Shown: piece by piece, positions 34,767 through 43,513 of the stretch
Numbering within the stretch: position 1 is the stretch's first letter
Layout: each line of letters begins with the position of its first letter
Assembly (NCBI GenBank): GCA_018304615.1
Contig: JAGVVV010000010.1
Location: 26,000-89,999, forward strand
Origin: Candidatus Aenigmatarchaeota archaeon
GTDB taxonomy: Archaea > Aenigmatarchaeota > Aenigmatarchaeia > CG10238-14 > SCSR01
DNA length: 64,000 nucleotides
Direction: 5' to 3'
Position numbers and translations under genes: made by a program
The notes under the pieces: model-generated
What the model was told of the DNA's origin: nothing
The model's database searches: none
What the model saw: the letters and a program-made list of their open reading frames with translations, nothing else

Positions 34767-36045
34767 ACGTATCTATTATAAAGTTTATTCTTTCGTCGTC
34801 AATTCCAGGGTGTACTCCAAGGAACAACCCATCACGCAGTATCTTGTCCGAATTTTTCATCTCCCCGGCAACTCTAAATCCATTCTCGAACTCTTTTGCC
34901 GCTTTGTGTTTTAAAATGTTTCCTGCAAGTATGGGTCTTGGTTCTATCTTGTGCTTTTCCAACCATTCAATCAATTCCAATCTACTGAACGGTGTTCCGT
35001 CCTTTATTATGAAAGGAAAACCGAACCAGTTCACATCTGAATTTTCTGGCCCAGAGCAAAAAATGAAATAATCTCCTAGAGAAGAAATTCCATTTACAAG
35101 TTTTTCAAAATTGTCTTTTCTTCTTTTGGTAAAATCAGGGAGCTTCCTCATCTGCACAAGTCCCATAGCTGCTTGGAATTCCATCGGCCTCACCTTGTAG
35201 CCGAATGTGTGAAAGGAAAAGTTCCTGTGAGTGTCTTCAGGCATTCCTTCATAAATTGAAAGAAGTTTGTGTGGGCAACTTCTCGTATCTACAAAATCAT
35301 TACACTTGTCGCACCACTGCCAAACTCCACCGTCCCTCATTGCTCTCGCATGTTTCATAATTTCTAGTTCATTCGTCACCAAAGCCCCTCCCTCCCCCAT
35401 TGTTATGTGATGAGGGACGTAGAATGAAAAAGTGCTGACATCTCCAAAAGATCCCACGTTTTTCCCATCGTACTTGCTTCCTAGAGCATCGCAACAATCT
35501 TCCATCACAACCAAATTCTTTTCTTCAGCAATATCCATAATCAGTTTCATATTGTTAGGGATTCCCATGGTATGCTGTGCAAGAATCATTTTTGTCTTGT
35601 CTCCTACAGAGTCTTTTAACTTTTCCTCATCAAAATTCAACGTCTTCAAATCCACATCCACAAAAACAGGTTTTATGCCATTATTCACCAACGGCCTGAA
35701 TGTCGTCGGAAATGTTATTGGGTTTACAATTACTTCATCCCCGTCTGTTATTTTTCCTGTCTTTATCAGAGATTCGATTGCCAGCAGATTTGCCGACGAA
35801 CCAGAATTTGTCAAAGCGCAATATTTCTGTCCGATGAAATTTGAAAGATTTGATTCGAACTCCTTCCCGTATTTTCCCATCGCAAACCAGCCATCCAGTA
35901 TGGCCTTGAACATCGCGTTTATCTCCTCATTATCGTAAGTGGCTTCTCCAATCTTTATCACAGTCTCTCCAGGCACAAATTTAGAATCCGCCTGTCGCTT
36001 CATCCACAACTCATTTACTAATTCATATATCCTATCTTCTTCCAT
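34738..36045 (-). CDS. RfbH/E1-like PMP-dependent sugar 3-dehydrase (DegT superfamily, His in place of PLP-Lys)
   Basis: 435 aa. 'FSFYVPHHITMGEGGALVTN' (HH instead of K), 'HTFGYKVRPMEFQAAMGLVQ', Cys cluster 'CDKCNDFVDTRSCPH'. Confidence 0.75.
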   Translation of the reverse strand: MEEDRIYELVNELWMKRQADSKFVPGETVIKIGEATYDNEEINAMFKAILDGWFAMGKYGKEFESNLSNFIGQKYCALTNSGSSANLLAIESLIKTGKITDGDEVIVNPITFPTTFRPLVNNGIKPVFVDVDLKTLNFDEEKLKDSVGDKTKMILAQHTMGIPNNMKLIMDIAEEKNLVVMEDCCDALGSKYDGKNVGSFGDVSTFSFYVPHHITMGEGGALVTNELEIMKHARAMRDGGVWQWCDKCNDFVDTRSCPHKLLSIYEGMPEDTHRNFSFHTFGYKVRPMEFQAAMGLVQMRKLPDFTKRRKDNFEKLVNGISSLGDYFIFCSGPENSDVNWFGFPFIIKDGTPFSRLELIEWLEKHKIEPRPILAGNILKHKAAKEFENGFRVAGEMKNSDKILRDGLFLGVHPGIDDERINFIIDTFERFIKTRR

Positions 36046-36065
36046 CTATGAATCACATACTTATT

Positions 36066-36773
36066 TTAAAATTTATTCGTGAGATTCTTCTTGAACATAA
36101 ACTTAACGGCACACCAAGAGTAACTTAGCGCAACTTGACGTTTGAGATAAGAAGGTCTATCTGTCATGATGCAATTAGAAGGAATCTCTTCGATCCTCAT
36201 CCCCTTGCTCACCAAATCGCTAATCATGTCAGTTTCCACTAAAAATCTGTTAGACCATTTCTCTGGTTCCAACTTCTTCAGCGCCGCTTTTGTAATCGCA
36301 TGATAACCTGTCAAGAAATCTGTCAAATCATATCCGGTTGCCATCCTCCAAAGAAATGAAATCATTTTATTTCCCACACTCCTTCCAAATGTCATGGACT
36401 TCTGGTCACCCTTGAACCTCGAACCCAAAACATAATCTGCCTTGTCTTCAACCAACGGTTTTATCATAAGAGGAATCTCTGCTGGATCATGTTGCCCATC
36501 CCCATGTATTATGACTGCGATATCGCAATCACTTTTCATAAACTCCTTGTAGCCAGTTTTTATCGCTCCTCCAAGGCCTTTGTTTACCTTATGCTTTACA
36601 ACCTTGACCCCCATTTTTTTTACTACATTTATAGTTTGATCTTTTGAGCCGTCATCTACGACAACTATTTCATCGACATATTTTTTTATTTTTTTTAGCG
36701 CTTTCTCAATCCTAGGCTCTTCATTATACGCTGGAACCAATGCAAAAACTTTATGACTCATTATCCCACTCAC
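36066..36773 (-). CDS. GT2 glycosyltransferase (dolichyl-phosphate sugar synthase-like)
   Basis: 235 aa. 'FALVPAYNEE', 'VVDDGSKD', 'VIIHGDGQHDP'. Confidence 0.85.
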   Translation of the reverse strand: MSGIMSHKVFALVPAYNEEPRIEKALKKIKKYVDEIVVVDDGSKDQTINVVKKMGVKVVKHKVNKGLGGAIKTGYKEFMKSDCDIAVIIHGDGQHDPAEIPLMIKPLVEDKADYVLGSRFKGDQKSMTFGRSVGNKMISFLWRMATGYDLTDFLTGYHAITKAALKKLEPEKWSNRFLVETDMISDLVSKGMRIEEIPSNCIMTDRPSYLKRQVALSYSWCAVKFMFKKNLTNKF

Positions 36774-37672
36774 AGCAAATCTTTTTCTATCGCATCCGCC
36801 ACTCTAATTTTCGGTTCATACCCAAGAATTTTTTCTGCCTTTTCAAAACTAATCTTGTAGTTCTTATCTGTCATGTCTCCAGCTCTAGCTTCTTTTTGAA
36901 TAATCTCGACATTGTATCGTCTCTTGACAATCTCAGCCAATTCCATTATTGTTATGCTTTCAGGCCCGCTTACATTAAATGCTTCCCCAATTGATTTTTT
37001 GTTCTCAATTGACAGCATCGTCGCATTAGCTCCGTCGCTTGCATGAGTGAAAGTTCTAGGTTGCGACCCTCCTTCTACGACTAGCGGCTTGCCTTCCTTC
37101 CCATTGTTTACAAAAAGATTGATTATTCCATATCCATGTGGTCCATACATGTTCGAGAATCTAAGAATCGTCACTGGAATACCAAAGCTGTTGCTGTACG
37201 AGATAGCATATTTTTCCTGGGCAACCTTCGTAGCCCCGTACAAGGTGGTAGGATTGAGTGGATGATTTTCATCAATAGGATTGTATAACCCATTTCCGTA
37301 GACATGATTACTGCTTCCGACTATCAGTCTTCCTATGTTGTTTTTCCTTATCGCTTCCAGCGTATGGAGAAACCATTCTACATTCACATTATGAAACAAG
37401 AAAGGATTTGTGATTGAGTTTGCAACATCTATCAGGGCAAGGGCGTTGATTGCAACATCAGAATCTTTCAAAACAAAATCAAGACTTTCATTCGAAGAAA
37501 TCTTGTCATGTTTAAACTCTGCATTATTCTTTCTGTAAAGATCAGCAGCTTCATTTGGGTATTTGTCCGCCCCGTCGATTATCATTCCTTTAACTTCAAA
37601 ACCCCTTTCCATGAAAAATTTACTCAGGTTGATGCCTGAGAAACTCCCAGCACTCAGGATCGATATTTTCAT
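36770..37672 (-). CDS. Extended-SDR sugar-nucleotide epimerase/reductase-like
   Basis: 300 aa. Degenerate Rossmann 'ILSAGSFSGINL', catalytic 'YGATKVAQE'. Confidence 0.75.
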   Translation of the reverse strand: MKISILSAGSFSGINLSKFFMERGFEVKGMIIDGADKYPNEAADLYRKNNAEFKHDKISSNESLDFVLKDSDVAINALALIDVANSITNPFLFHNVNVEWFLHTLEAIRKNNIGRLIVGSSNHVYGNGLYNPIDENHPLNPTTLYGATKVAQEKYAISYSNSFGIPVTILRFSNMYGPHGYGIINLFVNNGKEGKPLVVEGGSQPRTFTHASDGANATMLSIENKKSIGEAFNVSGPESITIMELAEIVKRRYNVEIIQKEARAGDMTDKNYKISFEKAEKILGYEPKIRVADAIEKDLL

Positions 37673-38671
37673 CTATACATTCTCCTTTTCTCCTATCGGA
37701 CCCTTCGTGTAAAGCGCTTCTTGCATCTCCTTCTTCTTGAAAAGATACTTGTAATTGCTATACTTGGAAGATTTCCAATTCCTTATTGCACCGCTCTTGA
37801 AAAGATGAGTCATCTCATCCCACGTGTCTTTGAGCTCTTTCTTCGTCGCGAATCCGATAGAATTCATTTTTTCAGTTGATGCAGTATAATTTCTTTCATC
37901 AACAACCTTGTCAGAAACTTCATATTCCAAATCAGGCGCATGTCTTTTTATTTCCTCTACGAGGTCTTTTATCCTCATGTTTCTCCATGAGATGTTATAA
38001 ACTCCGTTGAGATTGTTGTCTAGCACAAATGCGAATGCGGCTGCTGCATCTTCAACGTTTATCCATGGCCTGCACTGTTCCGATCCGTACAAGGTTATTT
38101 TTTCCTTGTGGAATGCCTTTGCCATGAAAAGATTAACGGCCAGATCGAACCTCATTCTAGGCGACACACCGAAAGCCGTTCCTAATCTAAGTATTGCAAA
38201 ATTTTTCAGGTTGTTAGTTATCGCCGATTCAGACATGAGCTTAGTCTTTGCATAAAGGCTCAACGGGGTGTTTTGAGTAATCACATCATCCTCCTTCATG
38301 TCTTTCCCAGGATTATTCCCGTAGACAGAAGTTGTAGATGCAAAAATCATCTTCTTTCCGTAAATGTTACACAAATGGGCAATAGAGTTTGTTGACAAGA
38401 AGTTTATCCCGATTGTCGCATCCTGATTCAAGTCTGAAACTTCGTCTCCGACGATGCTAGCCAGATGAATCACCACGTCTGTGTTCTTGATTTCGTTCAG
38501 GAGCAGTTTCAAATCCCTTACATCCCCCTCAACGATTTTTACCTCTTCTGGCAGGGCCGTTTTATTACCGTATAGAAAATTATCCAAGACAGTCACTTCG
38601 TGTGAGTTTGCCAACTGCCTGCTAAGCAATTGACCTATGAAACCTGCTCCACCTGTGATGAGAACTTCCAT
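37673..38671 (-). CDS. NAD-dependent sugar-nucleotide epimerase/dehydratase (extended SDR)
   Basis: 332 aa. 'LITGGAGFIGQLL', catalytic 'YAKTKLMSE'. Confidence 0.85.
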   Translation of the reverse strand: MEVLITGGAGFIGQLLSRQLANSHEVTVLDNFLYGNKTALPEEVKIVEGDVRDLKLLLNEIKNTDVVIHLASIVGDEVSDLNQDATIGINFLSTNSIAHLCNIYGKKMIFASTTSVYGNNPGKDMKEDDVITQNTPLSLYAKTKLMSESAITNNLKNFAILRLGTAFGVSPRMRFDLAVNLFMAKAFHKEKITLYGSEQCRPWINVEDAAAAFAFVLDNNLNGVYNISWRNMRIKDLVEEIKRHAPDLEYEVSDKVVDERNYTASTEKMNSIGFATKKELKDTWDEMTHLFKSGAIRNWKSSKYSNYKYLFKKKEMQEALYTKGPIGEKENV

Positions 38672-38703
38672 TTTTTCTACTCCGAAAATTCAAGCAATAA
38701 TTA

Positions 38704-40146
38704 TTATGAGTTATTAACTTTATTAATTATCGAGACATCGTCCTGATAAACTACTGTGCAGGAATAATTTTTGGGGCATGAGGATAAACTATAAATGTCC
38801 TTTTTCCAGCCATATGTGTAAACATTTTTATATTCGCCAAAGAATTTGTCGCTGAAGCTGGCAGATGTCTTCTTTCCTGAGAACATGGAAACCTCAGACC
38901 CCCTTATCGAGACTATCACCGACTGGTCATCAACATTATTTTTAATCCAATCATAGCTAGGGAAGAAATTCCTCTCATTTTTATACCCTGTATACAGTCT
39001 GAATCCTACGAAAGCGAAAAACATCAAAGAAGTCAGGACTAGGAACACAAAAACTAGCTTATATTTCAAAAGCTTGTTCGCTCCTACTGCGAAAAGATAG
39101 CAGAACATGGGAATTGCGAACGTCGTTACTCTAGGAACATATCCAATCCCCCAGTTGCTTGTCAGGAATACAATTGAAAATCCGGCATATGCTAGCAGCC
39201 AAATTATCATTAACTTTCCTTCATTGGTCTTGTTGAAGCCTAAAGCGAAAAACAAGAAGTAAACAGATGACAGGGCTAAATAACCGAGTAAAATCTCGTT
39301 GACATAAGGCAATGAGATTGAAATCCCCTTCTGCTGGATGAAGCTTTCTGATTGGACAGTATCCCAGAATCTCACAAAATATTGCTGTGGATTTGTTCTA
39401 AGCGCATCGATTACAACTTGTGTCGGAGACTTTTCTGTCGGTTCCCCTTTGTTGAAATAGAGAGGATTCCCGGAGTAGGCATAATTTCTAAGATACCATG
39501 GTGAAGCTATCAACAAGCCCATGGCAAGGACCGCGATGAATTTTAAAATTTGTCCTCTTTTTATCGACAGCTTCCACAAGAAGAAAATTCCTAGTATCAC
39601 GAATCCTGTGAACTTCGAAAGCAAAAGCAGTCCCAAAACTCCGGCAAGGAGCAGAGCATATTTGTTTTTTCTGGTCTTTTCCCAGAGAACAAACGCATAT
39701 AGAGAAAGGAAAGTGAAGAACACAGACGTTGCATCAGTCATTATCGTAGTGCTCAATCTGAAATGCAGAGGATAGATGGCAAGAAAGAAAGCAGCCAAAA
39801 GCCCCACCTTTTCATTGGCCATTTTCTTAAAAGTCAGATATGCTAGAGGGAGAGTCATGATCCCGAATATTGCCGAGATGATCTGAAGGATTTGTATATT
39901 TGGAAGAATGCTGTAAAAGAACGCACCCAAGAAATGATACGCAGGAGGATACCAGATGAAAACTCCTATCTGCAAGGTATCATTAACAGGTATCTGGTTA
40001 GTAGCCACGATTTCCTTTGTCAGTAGAGCGTGATTCGTCGAATCTGTCTCCCATCCGTCTATAGGGGTTATAGGGACGTAAGCAAGTCTGAGAATTGCCC
40101 CTATAATGATGATTGCGACAAGAATTTTTTCATTTGTTATTTTCAT
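38704..40146 (-). CDS. GT-C fold membrane glycosyltransferase (PMT/ArnT, GT39/GT83-like)
   Basis: 480 aa polytopic. N-terminal loop 'DGWETDSTNHAL', 'IWYPPAYHFLGAFF', 'LLSKFTG' pattern as in the PMT_2 family. Confidence 0.65.
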   Translation of the reverse strand: MKITNEKILVAIIIIGAILRLAYVPITPIDGWETDSTNHALLTKEIVATNQIPVNDTLQIGVFIWYPPAYHFLGAFFYSILPNIQILQIISAIFGIMTLPLAYLTFKKMANEKVGLLAAFFLAIYPLHFRLSTTIMTDATSVFFTFLSLYAFVLWEKTRKNKYALLLAGVLGLLLLSKFTGFVILGIFFLWKLSIKRGQILKFIAVLAMGLLIASPWYLRNYAYSGNPLYFNKGEPTEKSPTQVVIDALRTNPQQYFVRFWDTVQSESFIQQKGISISLPYVNEILLGYLALSSVYFLFFALGFNKTNEGKLMIIWLLAYAGFSIVFLTSNWGIGYVPRVTTFAIPMFCYLFAVGANKLLKYKLVFVFLVLTSLMFFAFVGFRLYTGYKNERNFFPSYDWIKNNVDDQSVIVSIRGSEVSMFSGKKTSASFSDKFFGEYKNVYTYGWKKDIYSLSSCPKNYSCTVVYQDDVSIINKVNNS

Positions 40147-40176
40147 TTATAAACAAAATAGTCAATCAATTATAAA

Positions 40177-41799
40177 TTAGAAAACAATCTTGTAAATGGC
40201 AGCCCCGTCACATCCTCCTGACCTTATACAAGTGTTCCAATCGTCGCCACTCTCATAGATTTTTACAAAATTTTTAGGGTTGTTCTCCAAAATTTGTATG
40301 AAATTCACATTGTAACTCTCGGAGAGATATTGATCGCTCAAGCTGAACTTCTGGACAAAAATAAAATCTATTCCATTCACTCTTGCTGTATCCAGAATAT
40401 GGCCAACATCCGAACTCACAGATACGTCTGCCATATTTCCAACAGTGTTCCTCTGGCAGTTGAATGTTGTGTGGTGCACCCACACTGTTATTATCGTCGA
40501 ATTTACTGGAACCTGATTAGGATTGCTCTTCACCCAGTCGCATGCCTGGAAGAATGCTGGAGAGAACTGCTTGACTGTTTTCATGGCACTTATCTTAGCA
40601 TTGAAATTTAGATATGCCATAACAATTACAAAAACGAAAACTATCAATGCCAAATATTTTTGATATTTTTTAATAAAGTCGAAAACTTCGCTGAAATATC
40701 TCCCCGCGATTAATGCAACAATAGGCGCCCATCCGAGCGTGTATCTGGCGGTGTCTTCTATCCTGACAGTTGACTGGTAGAAAACCAACAGGAGCATGAG
40801 CAGACTTACTATAATCACTAAATCGGCCTTCTTCTTCTGATATATCGACAGCAAGAGTCCTGCAAAAAATCCCAGACCTATGAACCATACGTTTCCGTAT
40901 GCAAAATCGAAATAGTTTTGCAGTCCTACCTGAAGCAATCCCTGCTCCGATCCTGTCTGCTGTGTCCTCCCTTCGAACTGCAACGTTTCTTTGAAATTAT
41001 TCATGTGGCAACGATCTGCACCGAAAATTTTATCGACAGGAGACAAGTAGCAGAAAGGATTTTTATAGTACCTATACAACCTCAGAGAGAAAGGACCGAC
41101 TATGAGTAAGGCTATCACAAATATCGGCAGGTATAGCTTCACCAGATACATCAATTTCTTTTTCTCTTTCAGGAGACTGTACAACAACAAGATAACAACC
41201 ATGGGATAGACCACAACACCAGGAGACTTTGTCATGAAGGAAAATGCAGCAAAAACTCCTGACAGGATTGCATATTTCTTGCTTTCTGTTTCAAATGTTA
41301 AGATCAAAGTCAAGACAAAAGCTACGAAGTAAAAGGTAAACATAGTGTCCGTATAGAAAAGGACTGCGTATGTGACCACTGATGGAATAGTCACTGCAAT
41401 TATAGCAGCCATCAATCCCATGTTAGCATTGTAGATCTTTTTCACAAGAACGAAAACCAAAAATCCTGTCAGTATCGTGGCAATGAAAGGAGTTAAGAAC
41501 TTCACAATTCCTGTGTTGAAACCGAACAGATAGTAGAAACTTCCTTCTAGGATGTTCCAAGCTGGAGGCCTCCAGAACCCTTCTCTTATCAACTTAGTTC
41601 CTTCGAATGGAACCCAGACAGGATAATCTGTGGTCTGAGCGAAGTATTGGGCCATCCTCGTGTGGTAGCCCTCATCACCGAAAGCAATAGGGCTGCTTAT
41701 TGAAACCTGGAATTCTAGATAGAAAATTGCTATCAAGAAAGCAGTAAGGACAATCAATTCAGGCCTTTTTATCTCAAGTACAACCTCTTTTTCTGCCAA
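40177..41799 (-). CDS. GT-C fold membrane glycosyltransferase (PMT/ArnT, GT39/GT83-like)
   Basis: 540 aa polytopic. First-loop acidic motif 'FGDEGYHTRMAQYF', 'FWRPPAWNILEGSFY', 'MTKSPG'. Confidence 0.7.
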   Translation of the reverse strand: MAEKEVVLEIKRPELIVLTAFLIAIFYLEFQVSISSPIAFGDEGYHTRMAQYFAQTTDYPVWVPFEGTKLIREGFWRPPAWNILEGSFYYLFGFNTGIVKFLTPFIATILTGFLVFVLVKKIYNANMGLMAAIIAVTIPSVVTYAVLFYTDTMFTFYFVAFVLTLILTFETESKKYAILSGVFAAFSFMTKSPGVVVYPMVVILLLYSLLKEKKKLMYLVKLYLPIFVIALLIVGPFSLRLYRYYKNPFCYLSPVDKIFGADRCHMNNFKETLQFEGRTQQTGSEQGLLQVGLQNYFDFAYGNVWFIGLGFFAGLLLSIYQKKKADLVIIVSLLMLLLVFYQSTVRIEDTARYTLGWAPIVALIAGRYFSEVFDFIKKYQKYLALIVFVFVIVMAYLNFNAKISAMKTVKQFSPAFFQACDWVKSNPNQVPVNSTIITVWVHHTTFNCQRNTVGNMADVSVSSDVGHILDTARVNGIDFIFVQKFSLSDQYLSESYNVNFIQILENNPKNFVKIYESGDDWNTCIRSGGCDGAAIYKIVF

Positions 41800-41917
41800 A
41801 CAATCACAGCTCTTATTTTGAGTATGTTCCCAGGTCTTATATATTCCAAACAGGCTGGTTCTCAGTATAAAATAGCTTCTTCAACTGAACCTTTTAAATA
41901 GTTCAACATCATCGATA

Positions 41918-41934
41918 TTATAACACCGTTATAA
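41918..41934. promoter_or_regulatory. Perfect 7-3-7 palindrome TTATAAC-acc-GTTATAA abutting a TATA-like element upstream of the radical SAM gene
   Basis: TTATAAC (41918-41924) and GTTATAA (41928-41934) are exact reverse complements. Followed by TTTAAAAA (41936-41943) about 32 nt before ATG 41975. Confidence 0.3.
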
Positions 41935-41974
41935 CTTTAAAAACGCGCAAGTCAAAAATAATATAAGTGAAATC

Positions 41975-43483
41975 ATGAAAGTAATGCTCTTGAACCCACC
42001 AGCCCAGGTCAAAGTCTCTAAGGATAGCCGTTGGCCTGAGTATACCAAATCAGGAACTCTATATTATCCTTTCTGGCTGGCTTATGCAACCTCAGTTCTC
42101 ATGGAAGATAAGAGGCATAAACCGCTTCTCCTCGATTCAATAGCAAAAGAGATAGATTTCGAAGAGACGATAAAGATGGCAAAGAAATTCGGTCCTGATT
42201 TGCTTGTTGTAGACACTTCAACTCCTACAATCTACAAAGACGTCGAATTCGTTGAGATGCTGAAAAAAGAGATTCCTGATGTGAAAGTCATGCTAGCGGG
42301 CAGGCATGTGACTGCTCTTCCTACAGAATCCTTGAAAATGTCCCCGGCAATTGACATGGTCGCAAGGCAGGAATTTGATTATACTGTTTTAGATGTGGCT
42401 AACACTCTTGAGAACGGCGGTCATCTCAAAGACGTTACAGGGATTTCATTCAAAGAGAACGGTGAAGTAATTCACAACGCTCCACGGATGCTGGAGCAAA
42501 ACCTAGACAAAATCCCATTTGTTTCCAAAGCTTACAAGGAATTCTTGGATGTCAAAGATTACCGTTATGCCCTTGCAAAATATCCCATGTTACAAATTTG
42601 GAGCAGCAGGGGTTGCCCGGCTCACTGCACTTTCTGCGACTATCCTCAGGTTTTTACCATGCATACCTTCAGGATGAGAAGTCCGAAGAATGTTGTAGAT
42701 GAAATGCAGTGGATACACGAAAATCTTCCAAACGTCAAGGAGATTTTCCTAGAAGATGACACGTTCACAATCAACAGGGAAAGAGTTCTGGAAATCTGCA
42801 AGTTAATCAAAGAAAGAGGACTTGAATTAACCTGGTCATGTAATGCCAGAGCTAATCTTGATTACGAATTATTGAAGGTCATGCACGACGCTGGTGCAAG
42901 GATAATGATTGTCGGTTATGAGAGTGGGAATCAAAACGTCTTGAACAAGATCAAGAAAGGAATTTTGATTTCACAAGCAGGGAAATTCACTCGTGCAGCT
43001 CAAAAGGCAGGGTTGAAAATATTCGGCTGTTTCATGATTGGGCTCCCAGGAGATACTGAAGAAAGCGTGTGGGAAACTTTCCAGCATGCAAGAAGAATGA
43101 ATCCAGACATGGTATTTTTCCAGCAAGCTGTGCCATTCCCAGGAACAGAGTTCTACGCTTGGGCAAAAGCTAACGGATATCTCATCACAGAGGATTACAG
43201 GCAGTGGCTGGATGAAAACGGAAGATTGAGATGTTTGGTCAATTATCCTTGGCTTCCTGCAGAAAAGATAGACCAGCTAAGAGAAACTCTGATGGTGAAA
43301 TACTACTTCAATCCAAAACATATGTTTTATACTTTGATGAGAAATTTACATCCACATGAATTCATCAGAGTAGTGAGGTATGCAAGAGACTATCTGACTT
43401 ACTTGCTGACTAAGAAGTTTTCTGGCGGATCTGTATCTGTGGAAGCGCCAGCACTTCAGGACGTAAAAGGTCAGTTTCTTTAA
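41975..43483 (+). CDS. Cobalamin(B12)-binding-domain radical SAM enzyme (class B)
   Basis: 502 aa. N-terminal B12-binding-like Rossmann 'MKVMLLNPP...DLLVVDTSTPT...VKVMLAGRHVTALP'. Radical SAM 'SSRGCPAHCTFCDYP' (CxxxCxxC). Confidence 0.85.
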   Translation: MKVMLLNPPAQVKVSKDSRWPEYTKSGTLYYPFWLAYATSVLMEDKRHKPLLLDSIAKEIDFEETIKMAKKFGPDLLVVDTSTPTIYKDVEFVEMLKKEIPDVKVMLAGRHVTALPTESLKMSPAIDMVARQEFDYTVLDVANTLENGGHLKDVTGISFKENGEVIHNAPRMLEQNLDKIPFVSKAYKEFLDVKDYRYALAKYPMLQIWSSRGCPAHCTFCDYPQVFTMHTFRMRSPKNVVDEMQWIHENLPNVKEIFLEDDTFTINRERVLEICKLIKERGLELTWSCNARANLDYELLKVMHDAGARIMIVGYESGNQNVLNKIKKGILISQAGKFTRAAQKAGLKIFGCFMIGLPGDTEESVWETFQHARRMNPDMVFFQQAVPFPGTEFYAWAKANGYLITEDYRQWLDENGRLRCLVNYPWLPAEKIDQLRETLMVKYYFNPKHMFYTLMRNLHPHEFIRVVRYARDYLTYLLTKKFSGGSVSVEAPALQDVKGQFL

Positions 43484-43513
43484 ATTAATTCTCTTACTTT
43501 AATTAGTGGTTTA

